Assembly: GCA_031960885.1 (NCBI GenBank)
Contig: JAVRLY010000005.1
Span: forward strand, 6,717 to 35,473
Origin: Desulfurella sp.
GTDB lineage: Bacteria; Campylobacterota_A; Desulfurellia; Desulfurellales; Desulfurellaceae
Direction of reading: 5' to 3'
DNA: 28,757 bases
Both the position numbers and the translations under genes were made by a program. How positions within the stretch are numbered: position 1 is the stretch's first letter; every line of letters starts with the position of its first letter. Of this stretch, positions 1 to 8,829 are shown piece after piece. A model generated the notes under the pieces. The model was not told the origin of the DNA. It did no database searches and worked only from the letters and a program-made list of their open reading frames with translations.

Positions 1-22
1 TAATAAATTTTTATAAACTAAC

Positions 23-50
23 TTGAAAATAAAGTTTTTTAGCATATAAT
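23..50 (+). promoter_or_regulatory. sigma70-type promoter for the gpmI-aldolase operon
   Basis: TTGAAA (23-28), 16 nt spacer, TATAAT (45-50); downstream SD GGAGG at 71-75. Confidence 0.7.
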
Positions 51-79
51 CTTTGTATATAAAAAATGAGGGAGGAAAT

Positions 80-1588
80 TTGAATAAGGTTTTATTAGTT
101 ATATTCGATGGATTTGGCGTTAACCCAAACAGGGTTTATAATGCATGGGCACAAGCCAATACACCAAATTTGGATTATTACTTTGCAAACAATCCACATA
201 CGGTAATTGAAGCTTCTGGCAAAGCATGCGGTTTGCCCGATGGTCAGTTTGGCAATTCTGAAGTAGGCCATTTAACGCTGGGCTCTGGTAGAATTCTAAA
301 ACAAGATTTACTGAGGATATCAGAAAGTTTGGAAGATGGTAGCATTAATGACAATCCCGTTTGGCAAAAGATTATTAAAAAAAATGCCAATAAACGGCTT
401 CATTTAATTGGTTTGGTTTCAGACGGTGGTGTGCATTCTCATATTGAGCATATCATAGGGCTTGTAAAGTTGCTTGCCAGTCAAAATATAGAGCCAATAT
501 TACATATGATTACAGATGGCAGGGATACGCCCCCAACAAGTGCGCTTACATACTTAGAAATAATGGAAAGACTATTTAAAAAGGTAGGCAAAGGCTCGAT
601 TGGCTCTGTAAGTGGCAGGTATTGGGCTATGGATAGGGCACAAAATTACGATAGAGTGGAAAAAGCCTATAAAGCTATTGTCTTACATAATGGTTTATCT
701 TCAGAAAATGCCAAAGATGCCATAGAGCAAGCCTATTTAAGAGGCGAAACAGACGAGTTTATTACACCAACGTTTATTGAAGGTGTGCCTGCTATACAAA
801 AAGATGAATCAGTCTTATTTTTTGATTTTCGAGCAGATAGAATGCGCCAAATTGTCAGTGCATTTGGCAGTGAAGATTTTAAGTACTTTAAGACAGAAAA
901 TATATTTAATGTGTATTGCATGGTTGAATATGATGAAAAATTTAATTTTGATGTTTTATTTAAACCAATATTTCCAAATAATGTACTTGCACAAGTCATA
1001 AGCAATGCAGGTTTAGCGCAATTTCATTGTGCTGAAAAGGAGAAATATGCACATGTAACATATTTTTTCAATGGTGGCAAAGAAGTGTCTTTTGATAAAG
1101 AAGACCGTGTTATTGTGCCATCGCCTAATGTAGCCACATACGATTTAGCGCCCCAAATGAGCGCACAAGAGGTAGCAGACCAAACCATTCAAGCAATAAA
1201 AAAACATTATGATTTTATAGTTGTGAATTTTGCAAATGGTGATATGGTAGGCCATACTGCAGTCCAAAAAGCTTGTATAGCTGCAGTTGAAACGCTTGAT
1301 GTACAGTTCAATCGTTTAGTAAAAGCCGCTTTAAGTGAAAATTATAAGATAATACTAACAGCCGATCATGGCAATTGTGATGAGATGGTTGACCAAATAA
1401 CTGGCCAACCACATACACAACACACTATTTACCCTGTTCCTTTTTTAATTATTGGCGATAATTCTAACCTGAGAACGCAAGGCGGTATATGCGATATTGC
1501 ACCAACAGTGTTGGATTTGATGAATCTGGAAAAACCACACGAAATGACGGGAAAGAGTTTATTATTAAAACCCATTTATTTTATTTAG
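80..1588 (+). CDS. gpmI: 2,3-bisphosphoglycerate-independent phosphoglycerate mutase
   Basis: Motifs DGFG, GLPDGQFGNSEVGH (catalytic Ser), SDGGVHSH, DGRD, GRYWAMDR, FRADR, EKYAHVTYFFNGG, DMVGHT, TADHGN. Start moved from 53 to TTG at 80, which follows GGAGG. Confidence 0.96.
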   Translation: MNKVLLVIFDGFGVNPNRVYNAWAQANTPNLDYYFANNPHTVIEASGKACGLPDGQFGNSEVGHLTLGSGRILKQDLLRISESLEDGSINDNPVWQKIIKKNANKRLHLIGLVSDGGVHSHIEHIIGLVKLLASQNIEPILHMITDGRDTPPTSALTYLEIMERLFKKVGKGSIGSVSGRYWAMDRAQNYDRVEKAYKAIVLHNGLSSENAKDAIEQAYLRGETDEFITPTFIEGVPAIQKDESVLFFDFRADRMRQIVSAFGSEDFKYFKTENIFNVYCMVEYDEKFNFDVLFKPIFPNNVLAQVISNAGLAQFHCAEKEKYAHVTYFFNGGKEVSFDKEDRVIVPSPNVATYDLAPQMSAQEVADQTIQAIKKHYDFIVVNFANGDMVGHTAVQKACIAAVETLDVQFNRLVKAALSENYKIILTADHGNCDEMVDQITGQPHTQHTIYPVPFLIIGDNSNLRTQGGICDIAPTVLDLMNLEKPHEMTGKSLLLKPIYFI

Positions 1589-1598
1589 GAGGTAAAAA

Positions 1599-2504
1599 AT
1601 GGATGTAAAGGTTCCACTTGATGTGCCTTATGAAAGAAGGCAATCTTATGTTAGAAATTTTAATGTCATGACGCATGAAACGGGTAGGCTTGCACTATTT
1701 GCAGGTGATCAAAAGATTGAACATATGAATGATGATTTTTTTGGACCAAATATACCAATAGATGATAGTTCACCTGAGCATTTGTTTAAGATAGCTCAAA
1801 GCGCCAAAATTGGTGCTTTCGCTTCCCAAATTGGTCTTATTGCGCGCTTTGGTGTTGATTATCCAAAGATACCGTATGTTATAAAGATAAACTCCAAAAC
1901 AAATTTAGTCAAAAAAGATTTTAAAGATCCGCTAAGTACTGCTATGATTGATATAGAGCAAATTGATAGATTAAAAAAACAATCTGGTCTTAATATTGTT
2001 GGTGTGGGCTATACAATTTATCCAGGGAGTGAGTTCGAGCATATAATGATAAGGGAAGCTGCCCAAATAGCATTTGAAGCGCATCAGTTGGGTTTGATAG
2101 TAATTATTTGGTCATACCCAAGAGGCAAAAGTGTTATAGATGAGTATGACCCCCACTTAATTGCTGGCGTATGCGGGCTTGCAGCTTGTTTGGGCGCTGA
2201 TTTTGTTAAAGTAAATTTTCCAAAAAAAGAAGGCGTAAATATTTATGATGCCTTTAAAGAAGCGGTTTTGGCAGCAGGAAAAACGCGCGTTATGTGTGCT
2301 GGCGGCTCATCAAAAGACCCTAAGTCATTTTTAGAGGAATTGTACAACCAGGTACACATAAGCGGAGTTCAAGGTGCAGCAACGGGCAGAAACATACACC
2401 AAAAGCCATTAAAAGAAGCCATCAATTTTGCAAACTCAATTTATGCTATTTTAGTTGAAAATAAAAGTGTCGAAGAAGCTTATAAAATTTACCAAGAAGG
2501 CTAA
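1599..2504 (+). CDS. Class I (DhnA/archaeal-type) fructose-bisphosphate aldolase family protein
   Basis: AGDQKIEH, GVGYTIYPGS, WSYPRG (catalytic Tyr), GADFVKVN (Schiff-base Lys), AGG, GAATGRNIHQ; SD AGGAGGT at 1587-1593; follows gpmI. Confidence 0.88.
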   Translation: MDVKVPLDVPYERRQSYVRNFNVMTHETGRLALFAGDQKIEHMNDDFFGPNIPIDDSSPEHLFKIAQSAKIGAFASQIGLIARFGVDYPKIPYVIKINSKTNLVKKDFKDPLSTAMIDIEQIDRLKKQSGLNIVGVGYTIYPGSEFEHIMIREAAQIAFEAHQLGLIVIIWSYPRGKSVIDEYDPHLIAGVCGLAACLGADFVKVNFPKKEGVNIYDAFKEAVLAAGKTRVMCAGGSSKDPKSFLEELYNQVHISGVQGAATGRNIHQKPLKEAINFANSIYAILVENKSVEEAYKIYQEG

Positions 2505-2747
2505 GTGGTGTTGGTATTTTCGCCAAATACAAAAATTAGAATCGGTGATATTTAGCCTAATTTAAAAATATTGAGCAAAACTTAGAATTTTCATACGGTG
2601 TGTTTCCTATATATGAAAAAGAAATGCTTCAAGACTGTAAATTTATGTTAAATCACTAATTGGCACAAGCGATTCATTTTTTGTGTTGGCTGGGACTCAT
2701 CTAAAAAAGACTGATGCAAAACATACATTAGAGATTGTGAGGTTGGA

Positions 2748-4655
2748 TTATAGATAAATAGCATAGCTAAGTTGAAACTGGTTAATTGTAGGATTTAGAG
2801 TATCATCAAGCTCTTGGACGCTAAAAAATACTCGCGTTAGATACTTATCTGAATCAATACTGTTTTGCATTAACACTAATGGCCAACCAAAAGATTGGTT
2901 GATATGCAATTTTAATATTTTAGATTTACCAATGCCAAATTCCAAATTGCCATCTGTTATGCCAACTCCGCCATTTGAGCTTTGAAGCACAGATATAGGT
3001 AAATGTTGTAATATTTGAGTATCTTTTTGGATAAAAAACTTTTCTTTTAGAAACCCACCATTTTTGCAAGCATACCAAAAATTTTTAGTTTTAATAATAG
3101 GTAGCAATGTAAAAGTCCCCATTCTAATAGATGCTTTAATGGGTTCTTTTAATTCTAGAAAATCAAACAGAGTAATTTTTTTCTCTACAAAATCAACAAA
3201 CCAATAGCGTTTTTCTATTGCAATAGTTGATAAATAAACTTCTCCTTTTAATATATACTTATCTTCATCAATTTTTTGAATGATAATATTGCGTGCTTCA
3301 CTTAAATTTGCAATTCTGCCTAACTGGGATGATTCAATAGTTGTTGTGCCTGTGTAATAATCAGCGCCGTGTGTAATATAATCAAGCTCGCCATGATTAA
3401 CGCTTCCAAATGCCAAACGTTTTCCTAATTTGTAGGCGCTTTCTAAGCATAAACCCTTATTTTTCAAAAAAGAAATTCTGTATGTTTTGTTTTCTAAAAC
3501 GATTTTTTTTTCACTATCTTTAAAAGTGCTTTCTATTGGGCTTTTGTTAATGACATCAAATGGGCTAAAAGAATAATCTTTTTTGTTAGATTCTAAAAAT
3601 AGGATAGCGCTTTTCCATTTTTTTACAGTTGTGTGGGTTCTATAATCACTACCATAATATTGAAGGAGTTTTTTCCATGTTGCTAAGCTATTTTTATTTT
3701 TAATCGCTTGTAAGCAATTATAGCATAATGTATTAATGTAGTGTCCGCCAAGACCAGAAACACTCCATCTGCTCAAAGAGTATTTTGTCTGTTTTTTCAC
3801 AACAATTGGAACGCTTGGCGTTGTAATATCAATTACTTTATTTTGTAAAAATTGAAGTGTTTGACTTGGTAAAACAAAGTTACCAAGCTCTTTAAGTTTT
3901 GTAAAAATTTCTGAGATTGTCTGCCACTCGTTGTCAATAATATCATTTTCCGTATGAAAACGTCCAGGCCTAAAATTGAAAATTTCCAAATCAGATGAGT
4001 AAATGGGTAAGCATTTATAACCTTTTCTTATATACCTTTCAATTGTGACTAAATAATCATCAAGTGTATTTTGAGAATGTGCTGTGCGTTGAAATTGTTG
4101 GAACAAAATAGAATTTGTCCACACAAGCGGCATAGTTAATTTAATGCCTTGTGCTATAATTGGTGAAAATCCAAAAGATTCTTCAAAGCGATGGGCATTT
4201 ATAGAGTATGGGTTATTCCATTCCATACATATTGCATGGTAGAATTTCTTATATAAATCTACCATGGATTTTGAAAACACCTGTTCATTTAAAAAAGCAA
4301 TTTTTGGTTGCAAATCAAGTAATTTTTTATACACCTTAAAACCTATTTGTTGGTTTTTTAAATTGACTAAGTATGGCGCAATCGGGCCTATGATTTGTTG
4401 ATAGCCACTGCCAATAATTTCTATAAGATTCAAAGATAAAAGTTTTTTGAGTTCTTTCAAAAATTTTGGTTCTAATAAAGACAACTTTTCAAGTGTAAAG
4501 CCACTTAACTCAATGCCAGTTTTGGTATTTGTCTGTGATATTGTTTCAATTAGAGGAAAGTAGCATTTATGTATAACATCTTTTAATTGTTCTTCTTCAA
4601 TAGAAGAAAAACTTAAGTTGCAATGAAAAATTAGATAGAAATTTGTTTTTTTCAT
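2748..4655 (-). CDS. Glycoside hydrolase family 57-like / (beta/alpha)7-barrel carbohydrate-active protein, atypical
   Basis: GH57-like segments FHCNL, ELSGFTLE, EIIGSGYQQIIGP, FLNEQ (putative nucleophile Glu), SSDLEIF (putative acid/base Asp) and GSDY; beta-rich C-terminal half. Confidence 0.7.
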   Translation of the reverse strand: MKKTNFYLIFHCNLSFSSIEEEQLKDVIHKCYFPLIETISQTNTKTGIELSGFTLEKLSLLEPKFLKELKKLLSLNLIEIIGSGYQQIIGPIAPYLVNLKNQQIGFKVYKKLLDLQPKIAFLNEQVFSKSMVDLYKKFYHAICMEWNNPYSINAHRFEESFGFSPIIAQGIKLTMPLVWTNSILFQQFQRTAHSQNTLDDYLVTIERYIRKGYKCLPIYSSDLEIFNFRPGRFHTENDIIDNEWQTISEIFTKLKELGNFVLPSQTLQFLQNKVIDITTPSVPIVVKKQTKYSLSRWSVSGLGGHYINTLCYNCLQAIKNKNSLATWKKLLQYYGSDYRTHTTVKKWKSAILFLESNKKDYSFSPFDVINKSPIESTFKDSEKKIVLENKTYRISFLKNKGLCLESAYKLGKRLAFGSVNHGELDYITHGADYYTGTTTIESSQLGRIANLSEARNIIIQKIDEDKYILKGEVYLSTIAIEKRYWFVDFVEKKITLFDFLELKEPIKASIRMGTFTLLPIIKTKNFWYACKNGGFLKEKFFIQKDTQILQHLPISVLQSSNGGVGITDGNLEFGIGKSKILKLHINQSFGWPLVLMQNSIDSDKYLTRVFFSVQELDDTLNPTINQFQLSYAIYL

Positions 4656-4702
4656 ACAGACTTACGTTTTTAATGTATTTTTAATATGAGCAAAACATTT
4701 CT

Positions 4703-5515
4703 TTATGGGTTATCTTGCCAAAAGAACTTGCCAATTTTTTTTGCAGTTTGCCACATATTAGAGTATTTTGTTTGAAGCTCAATATTTAATGGTTTATGAT
4801 GAACATCTTTATTGATGTCTGTCAAAGATGGTTCATTTTTTAGCAAATTTACAATTTTTTCCAGATACATGAACTCATGTTCGCTATATAGTCTATCATA
4901 TATTGCTTTATACAAATAGTAATCTTTCAGTTCATCCAATGTAAGCCTACAACCTTGTATAATCAACGATTGCTTGGCACACAACTCAACTATGCGTAGT
5001 TTATCTGGGTTGTTTGCAATATATACTGAGCCCACATGTTCTAAATCTTGTTCGTTATCTGTATGTTTGTAAATATAATCAAGCAAACTAGCTTTAATAA
5101 CACCTGCTCCTTCAAAAACACAACCTAGACTCTCGCAATAGACTACATCTCCATCAAACAAACTTACTGCTTTAATTTGATTATCAATCCAAATCGGACA
5201 AATATGTGGGCAATCAGCTGTAATTCTTACTATATATTTTGGTTGTTTTTTGACGATAATATCTAAAAAGCGCTCAAGCACATTATCTAAACTACCCCTG
5301 TGGTAAGCCATGTCATTTTGTTTTAGATAATCTACCAGCTCATCATCGCTTTTATCAACCGATGTAGCAATAATTACTTCATCTACATACTTGCATCTTT
5401 TTGCTCTATTATATACATGCCAGATGACGGGTTTTCCAGATAATGGCAACATTACTTTATTAGGTAGCCTAGTCGAAGACATTCTTGCTTGGATAATAGC
5501 TATTGTTTTTTGCAC
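4703..5515 (-). CDS. SpsF-like cytidylyltransferase (nonulosonate/acylneuraminate CTP transferase family)
   Basis: IIQARMSSTRLPNKV, RGSLDNVLERF, VRITADCP, EHV, RLTLD; GTG start with SD AAGGAAGG. Confidence 0.85.
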   Translation of the reverse strand: MQKTIAIIQARMSSTRLPNKVMLPLSGKPVIWHVYNRAKRCKYVDEVIIATSVDKSDDELVDYLKQNDMAYHRGSLDNVLERFLDIIVKKQPKYIVRITADCPHICPIWIDNQIKAVSLFDGDVVYCESLGCVFEGAGVIKASLLDYIYKHTDNEQDLEHVGSVYIANNPDKLRIVELCAKQSLIIQGCRLTLDELKDYYLYKAIYDRLYSEHEFMYLEKIVNLLKNEPSLTDINKDVHHKPLNIELQTKYSNMWQTAKKIGKFFWQDNP

Positions 5516-5578
5516 AAAAACACCTTCCTTTTATTAAAAAAATTGCGCAATCAATAAATTAAAATTTAAAATAAAAAA

Positions 5579-6133
5579 TTAATCTTTGCCTAATATAACT
5601 TTTTGAAGCTTTTTAAAACTTTCTGTACCGGCAAATTTTAGCCAATAAAATACAATTGTTTCAGATGGCACAACTTTTGCACCAACACCATTGTAAAAAT
5701 CTATTGCAGTATTATAAAAATCCGTTTCTCTAGAAGTGACTGCATCTTTTGCAATAACGACATTGTAGCCTTTTTCTAGTAGATCTATTGTTGTTGATAA
5801 AACGCAAATATGAGATTCAATACCGCACAGTACAATAGTAGTTTTACTTGAATCTACAATAAATGATTTAATTTCGGGTATTTCTAAGGCCGAAAAGCTC
5901 ATTTTATCAAACCGTTGAGTGTCTGCTAATAAGCTTTTTAAAGGTTCTATTGTTTCCCCCAGTCCTTTTGGGTATTGTTCTGTGTAAAATATCGGCACAT
6001 CTAGTTCTTTTGCCGCTTTGATTAACAAAGTTATATTTTTTGTTGTTGAGTCTAAATTTTGCATAACTTTGGCAAGCTTTTCTTGCATATCAATGACACA
6101 TAACATACAGTTTTCTTTACTTAAGAAACTCAT
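5579..6133 (-). CDS. Isochorismatase-family cysteine hydrolase (YcaC/ISOC-like)
   Basis: IDMQEKL, TEQYPKGLG, DKMSFS, GIESHICV (Asp-Lys-Cys triad); ATGA overlap with the upstream gene. Confidence 0.9.
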   Translation of the reverse strand: MSFLSKENCMLCVIDMQEKLAKVMQNLDSTTKNITLLIKAAKELDVPIFYTEQYPKGLGETIEPLKSLLADTQRFDKMSFSALEIPEIKSFIVDSSKTTIVLCGIESHICVLSTTIDLLEKGYNVVIAKDAVTSRETDFYNTAIDFYNGVGAKVVPSETIVFYWLKFAGTESFKKLQKVILGKD

Positions 6134-6435
6134 CTTTGGCCTCCTTGTTTTAAATATTTCATTATATTGTTATAGTTCTTTTGGAAATTGACAAAATTCT
6201 CCATCAATGTATGCTTTTTTTTCTCAATTAGTTCCATTATTAGTGCGTTTTGGTCAATCAGTTCTTTTATTTGAGCTAAATATTGGCTATCGATGTTTGT
6301 ATTGTAAATTACTTCAAAAAGCTTATTTCTTTCATTAAGTGCGTCCATAAGCTCGTTGCCTTTGTATTTATCATCTTTTAATAAATCAATAATTTTAAGA
6401 GCATTAACCTTTAAACTACTAAAGAGTTGCTGCAT
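6130..6435 (-). CDS. Small helical protein, FliT-like flagellar chaperone candidate
   Basis: 101 aa, apparently helical; LNERNKLF...IKELIDQNALIM...KY pattern resembles FliT; SD AAGGA and promoter upstream. Confidence 0.5.
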   Translation of the reverse strand: MQQLFSSLKVNALKIIDLLKDDKYKGNELMDALNERNKLFEVIYNTNIDSQYLAQIKELIDQNALIMELIEKKKHTLMENFVNFQKNYNNIMKYLKQGGQR

Positions 6436-6452
6436 AACACATCCTTGTTGTT

Positions 6453-6480
6453 ATTATAACTTCATTTAATGTAATTTCAA
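6453..6480 (-). promoter_or_regulatory. sigma70-type promoter for the FliT-like/isochorismatase unit
   Basis: Minus strand TTGAAA (6480-6475), 16 nt spacer, TATAAT (6458-6453). Confidence 0.65.
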
Positions 6481-6506
6481 GTGATATATAAAGATTAAGT
6501 GAAACT

Positions 6507-6526
6507 CTCTTTAATTAATTAAAGAG
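6507..6526. repeat. Perfect 20-bp palindrome in the divergent intergenic region
   Basis: CTCTTTAATTAATTAAAGAG is its own reverse complement. Confidence 0.85.
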
Positions 6527-6647
6527 TTTTATGTTTCAGCAAGAGGGTTCTTACGGGATATCGTGAAAATTAATAAATTTCAGTGTATTTTATTAGCAAT
6601 CAAAATTTCATTTCATCGCCTAAATCTAAATATACAGACAAAGTTAC

Positions 6648-6676
6648 TTGATAAAAAAAATTATATTGAATATAAT
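6648..6676 (+). promoter_or_regulatory. sigma70-type promoter for the FliK-like gene (probably leaderless)
   Basis: TTGATA (6648-6653), 17 nt spacer, TATAAT (6671-6676); ATG at 6683. Confidence 0.7.
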
Positions 6677-6682
6677 TGCATC

Positions 6683-7444
6683 ATGGAATTTATTGATATT
6701 TCCGGTATAAAACTACAACTAGATTTAATAAACTTAAGAAATTTACAGGATTTGCTTAAAATAGGCGAAGTGATAGATACAAAAATTTTAGATACGAACC
6801 AAAATGAAACAACAATAAATCTTAAAGGCAACGTTGTAAAAGCCCTTTCAAATATAATGTTAGAAAAAAATAGCACAGTAAAATTGCTAGTTGTAAAAAC
6901 GCAGCCTTTTATTGAGTTAAAAATATTAAATATTGATTCAAAACCTGCTTTAGATTTAAAAGGCATGAATGAAGCCATTGATAGAGTTTTTTCAAATGCC
7001 ATCAAATTAACGCTTGATGATATAAATATTAAAAATTTTGGCACTTATATTAAAACTTCATTTGAAAATATTTCAAATATGCTTTCAAACAATCAAATAC
7101 GTTTAAATGATAATTTGTTTATTGCAATTCCTTATTATATTGACGGAAAAAAATTTAAAACATATGTAAAAGTTAGAAAAAAAATAACAAAGCATAAAAA
7201 ACAAAGGCAAATGTTGACAGTTTTTAGCGAAACACCTATTGGATTGATTAAAATAAACATAATAAAAATTGAATCTATGTGGTGTAATCTTTGGATTTAC
7301 GACAAGGATGCTTATAATTTACTTATGTCTTATAAAGAAGAATTAGTAAATTACACAAAATTTCCAGTAAAAATTATTTTAAATTATAATAAACCAATTC
7401 TTGATACAATTAAATCTGTGAATTATGTTGATGTAGTTGTATAA
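6683..7444 (+). CDS. Hypothetical protein resembling a short FliK (flagellar hook-length control) family member
   Basis: N-terminal LKIGEVIDTKI...INLKG...VKLLV...PFIELKIL beta domain and C-terminal IPY...ETPIGLIKINI...YVDVVV are reminiscent of FliK-like proteins. Start moved from 6563 to ATG 6683 because of the promoter position. Confidence 0.5.
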   Translation: MEFIDISGIKLQLDLINLRNLQDLLKIGEVIDTKILDTNQNETTINLKGNVVKALSNIMLEKNSTVKLLVVKTQPFIELKILNIDSKPALDLKGMNEAIDRVFSNAIKLTLDDINIKNFGTYIKTSFENISNMLSNNQIRLNDNLFIAIPYYIDGKKFKTYVKVRKKITKHKKQRQMLTVFSETPIGLIKINIIKIESMWCNLWIYDKDAYNLLMSYKEELVNYTKFPVKIILNYNKPILDTIKSVNYVDVVV

Positions 7445-8829
7445 CTTACTAACTTTTTAAGATTTTCTATAAACAACCTTATTCTATTAATTGATTCTTC
7501 TACACCGATAATATCTATTATATCAAATAGAGGAGGTCCAGCACTTTTACCGCTTAGGGCTATTCTTATACTTTGAGCTACATTTAAAACCTTTTCGTTA
7601 AATTCAGCAGATAATGAATTTATTAAGTTTTGAAAGGTTTCATGCGAAAACTCCAATTCTTTAAGCTTGATAATAAAAGATTCCAAAATAGTTGCCGTTA
7701 GATTATTAGTGTATTTTTGAACACCTTTTTCTTCGTAAGATATTGGCCTTGTGCAAAAAAATTCTATTGATTGGCCTAGCTCCTTGAGTGTTTCAACACG
7801 CATTTTCATTATATTGATAGTTTTTTCTATGTATTCTCTTGAAAATGTTTTACAATTTTGATTTAAAAATTCAAGCAAAAGTTCGTATAAATCATTATTA
7901 TTAGTATTTCTAATGTAATAACCATTTAACCATAGCAACTTTTTTTGGTCAAACACGGCAGGTGATTTATTTAAGCCTTCCAAATCAAAATATTTTAATA
8001 ATTGTTCCATTGAAAAAATTTCTTCATCGCCATGCGACCACCCAAGACGCGCCAAATAGTTTAATAAACTTTCTGGCAAAAAACCCATTTCTTTATATTC
8101 CAAGACACTTTGAGCCCCGTGTCTTTTTGAGAGTCTTTTTTTATCTGGACCTAAAATCATTGGTATGTGTGAAAAATTAGGTATTTTAGCATTTAAAGAC
8201 TCATAAATATAGAGTTGTTTTGCCGTGTTTGTGATATGGTCATCACCTCTTATAATGTGCGTAATATTCATTTCTATATCATCTACAACATTTGTAAAAT
8301 TATACATAAAAGCACCATCTGAGCGCTGTAATATAAAATCATCAAATTCTTTATATGAAAATTTAAGTTCACCATGCACGCTATCCAAAAAACTTACATC
8401 TTTTTGTGGCAAGTTTATTCTAACAACATAGGGTTTATCTAAATCTTCTTTAATGTTTTTACACAAACCATCGTAATGTGGGTTTTCACCTTTGGCAATT
8501 TGACTTTGTTTGAGTTCTTCAAGACGCTCTTTTGAACAATAACATTTATATGCAGTGCCATTTTTTAACATGCTTTCTATGTATTTCTGATAAATAGCTG
8601 TTCTTTTACTTTGATAGTGTATTTCATCCCATTTCAAATTACACCAAGTTAAAGCTTGAAGAATAGAATCAATGTATGTTGTACAAGAGCGTTCTAAATC
8701 TGTATCTTCTATACGTAATATAAAAACGCCATTGTATTTTTTTGCATACACATAATTGTATAAAGCAGTTCTTAAACCACCAATATGCAAGTTTCCTGTG
8801 GGGGATGGGGCAAATCTTAATCTAACCAC
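7423..8829 (-). CDS. gltX: Glutamate--tRNA ligase
   Basis: RFAPSPTGNLHIGG (HIGH motif), RIEDTD, CYC...YDGLC, IRGDDH, LSKR (KMSKS-like); GTG start with SD AAGGAG. Confidence 0.96.
   Translation of the reverse strand: MVRLRFAPSPTGNLHIGGLRTALYNYVYAKKYNGVFILRIEDTDLERSCTTYIDSILQALTWCNLKWDEIHYQSKRTAIYQKYIESMLKNGTAYKCYCSKERLEELKQSQIAKGENPHYDGLCKNIKEDLDKPYVVRINLPQKDVSFLDSVHGELKFSYKEFDDFILQRSDGAFMYNFTNVVDDIEMNITHIIRGDDHITNTAKQLYIYESLNAKIPNFSHIPMILGPDKKRLSKRHGAQSVLEYKEMGFLPESLLNYLARLGWSHGDEEIFSMEQLLKYFDLEGLNKSPAVFDQKKLLWLNGYYIRNTNNNDLYELLLEFLNQNCKTFSREYIEKTINIMKMRVETLKELGQSIEFFCTRPISYEEKGVQKYTNNLTATILESFIIKLKELEFSHETFQNLINSLSAEFNEKVLNVAQSIRIALSGKSAGPPLFDIIDIIGVEESINRIRLFIENLKKLVSYTTTST

Noticed and set aside
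53..79. gpmI start at 53
   Set aside because: It lies only 2 nt past the -10 box, upstream of the likely TSS; SD GGAGG supports TTG 80.
2660..2677. Possible sigma54 promoter TTGGCACAAGCGATTC
   Set aside because: The -12 TTGC element is missing and it points into the 3' end of a convergent gene.
5542..5551. Palindrome ATTGCGCAAT upstream of the spsF-like gene
   Set aside because: Only 10 bp; compatible with chance and without supporting context.
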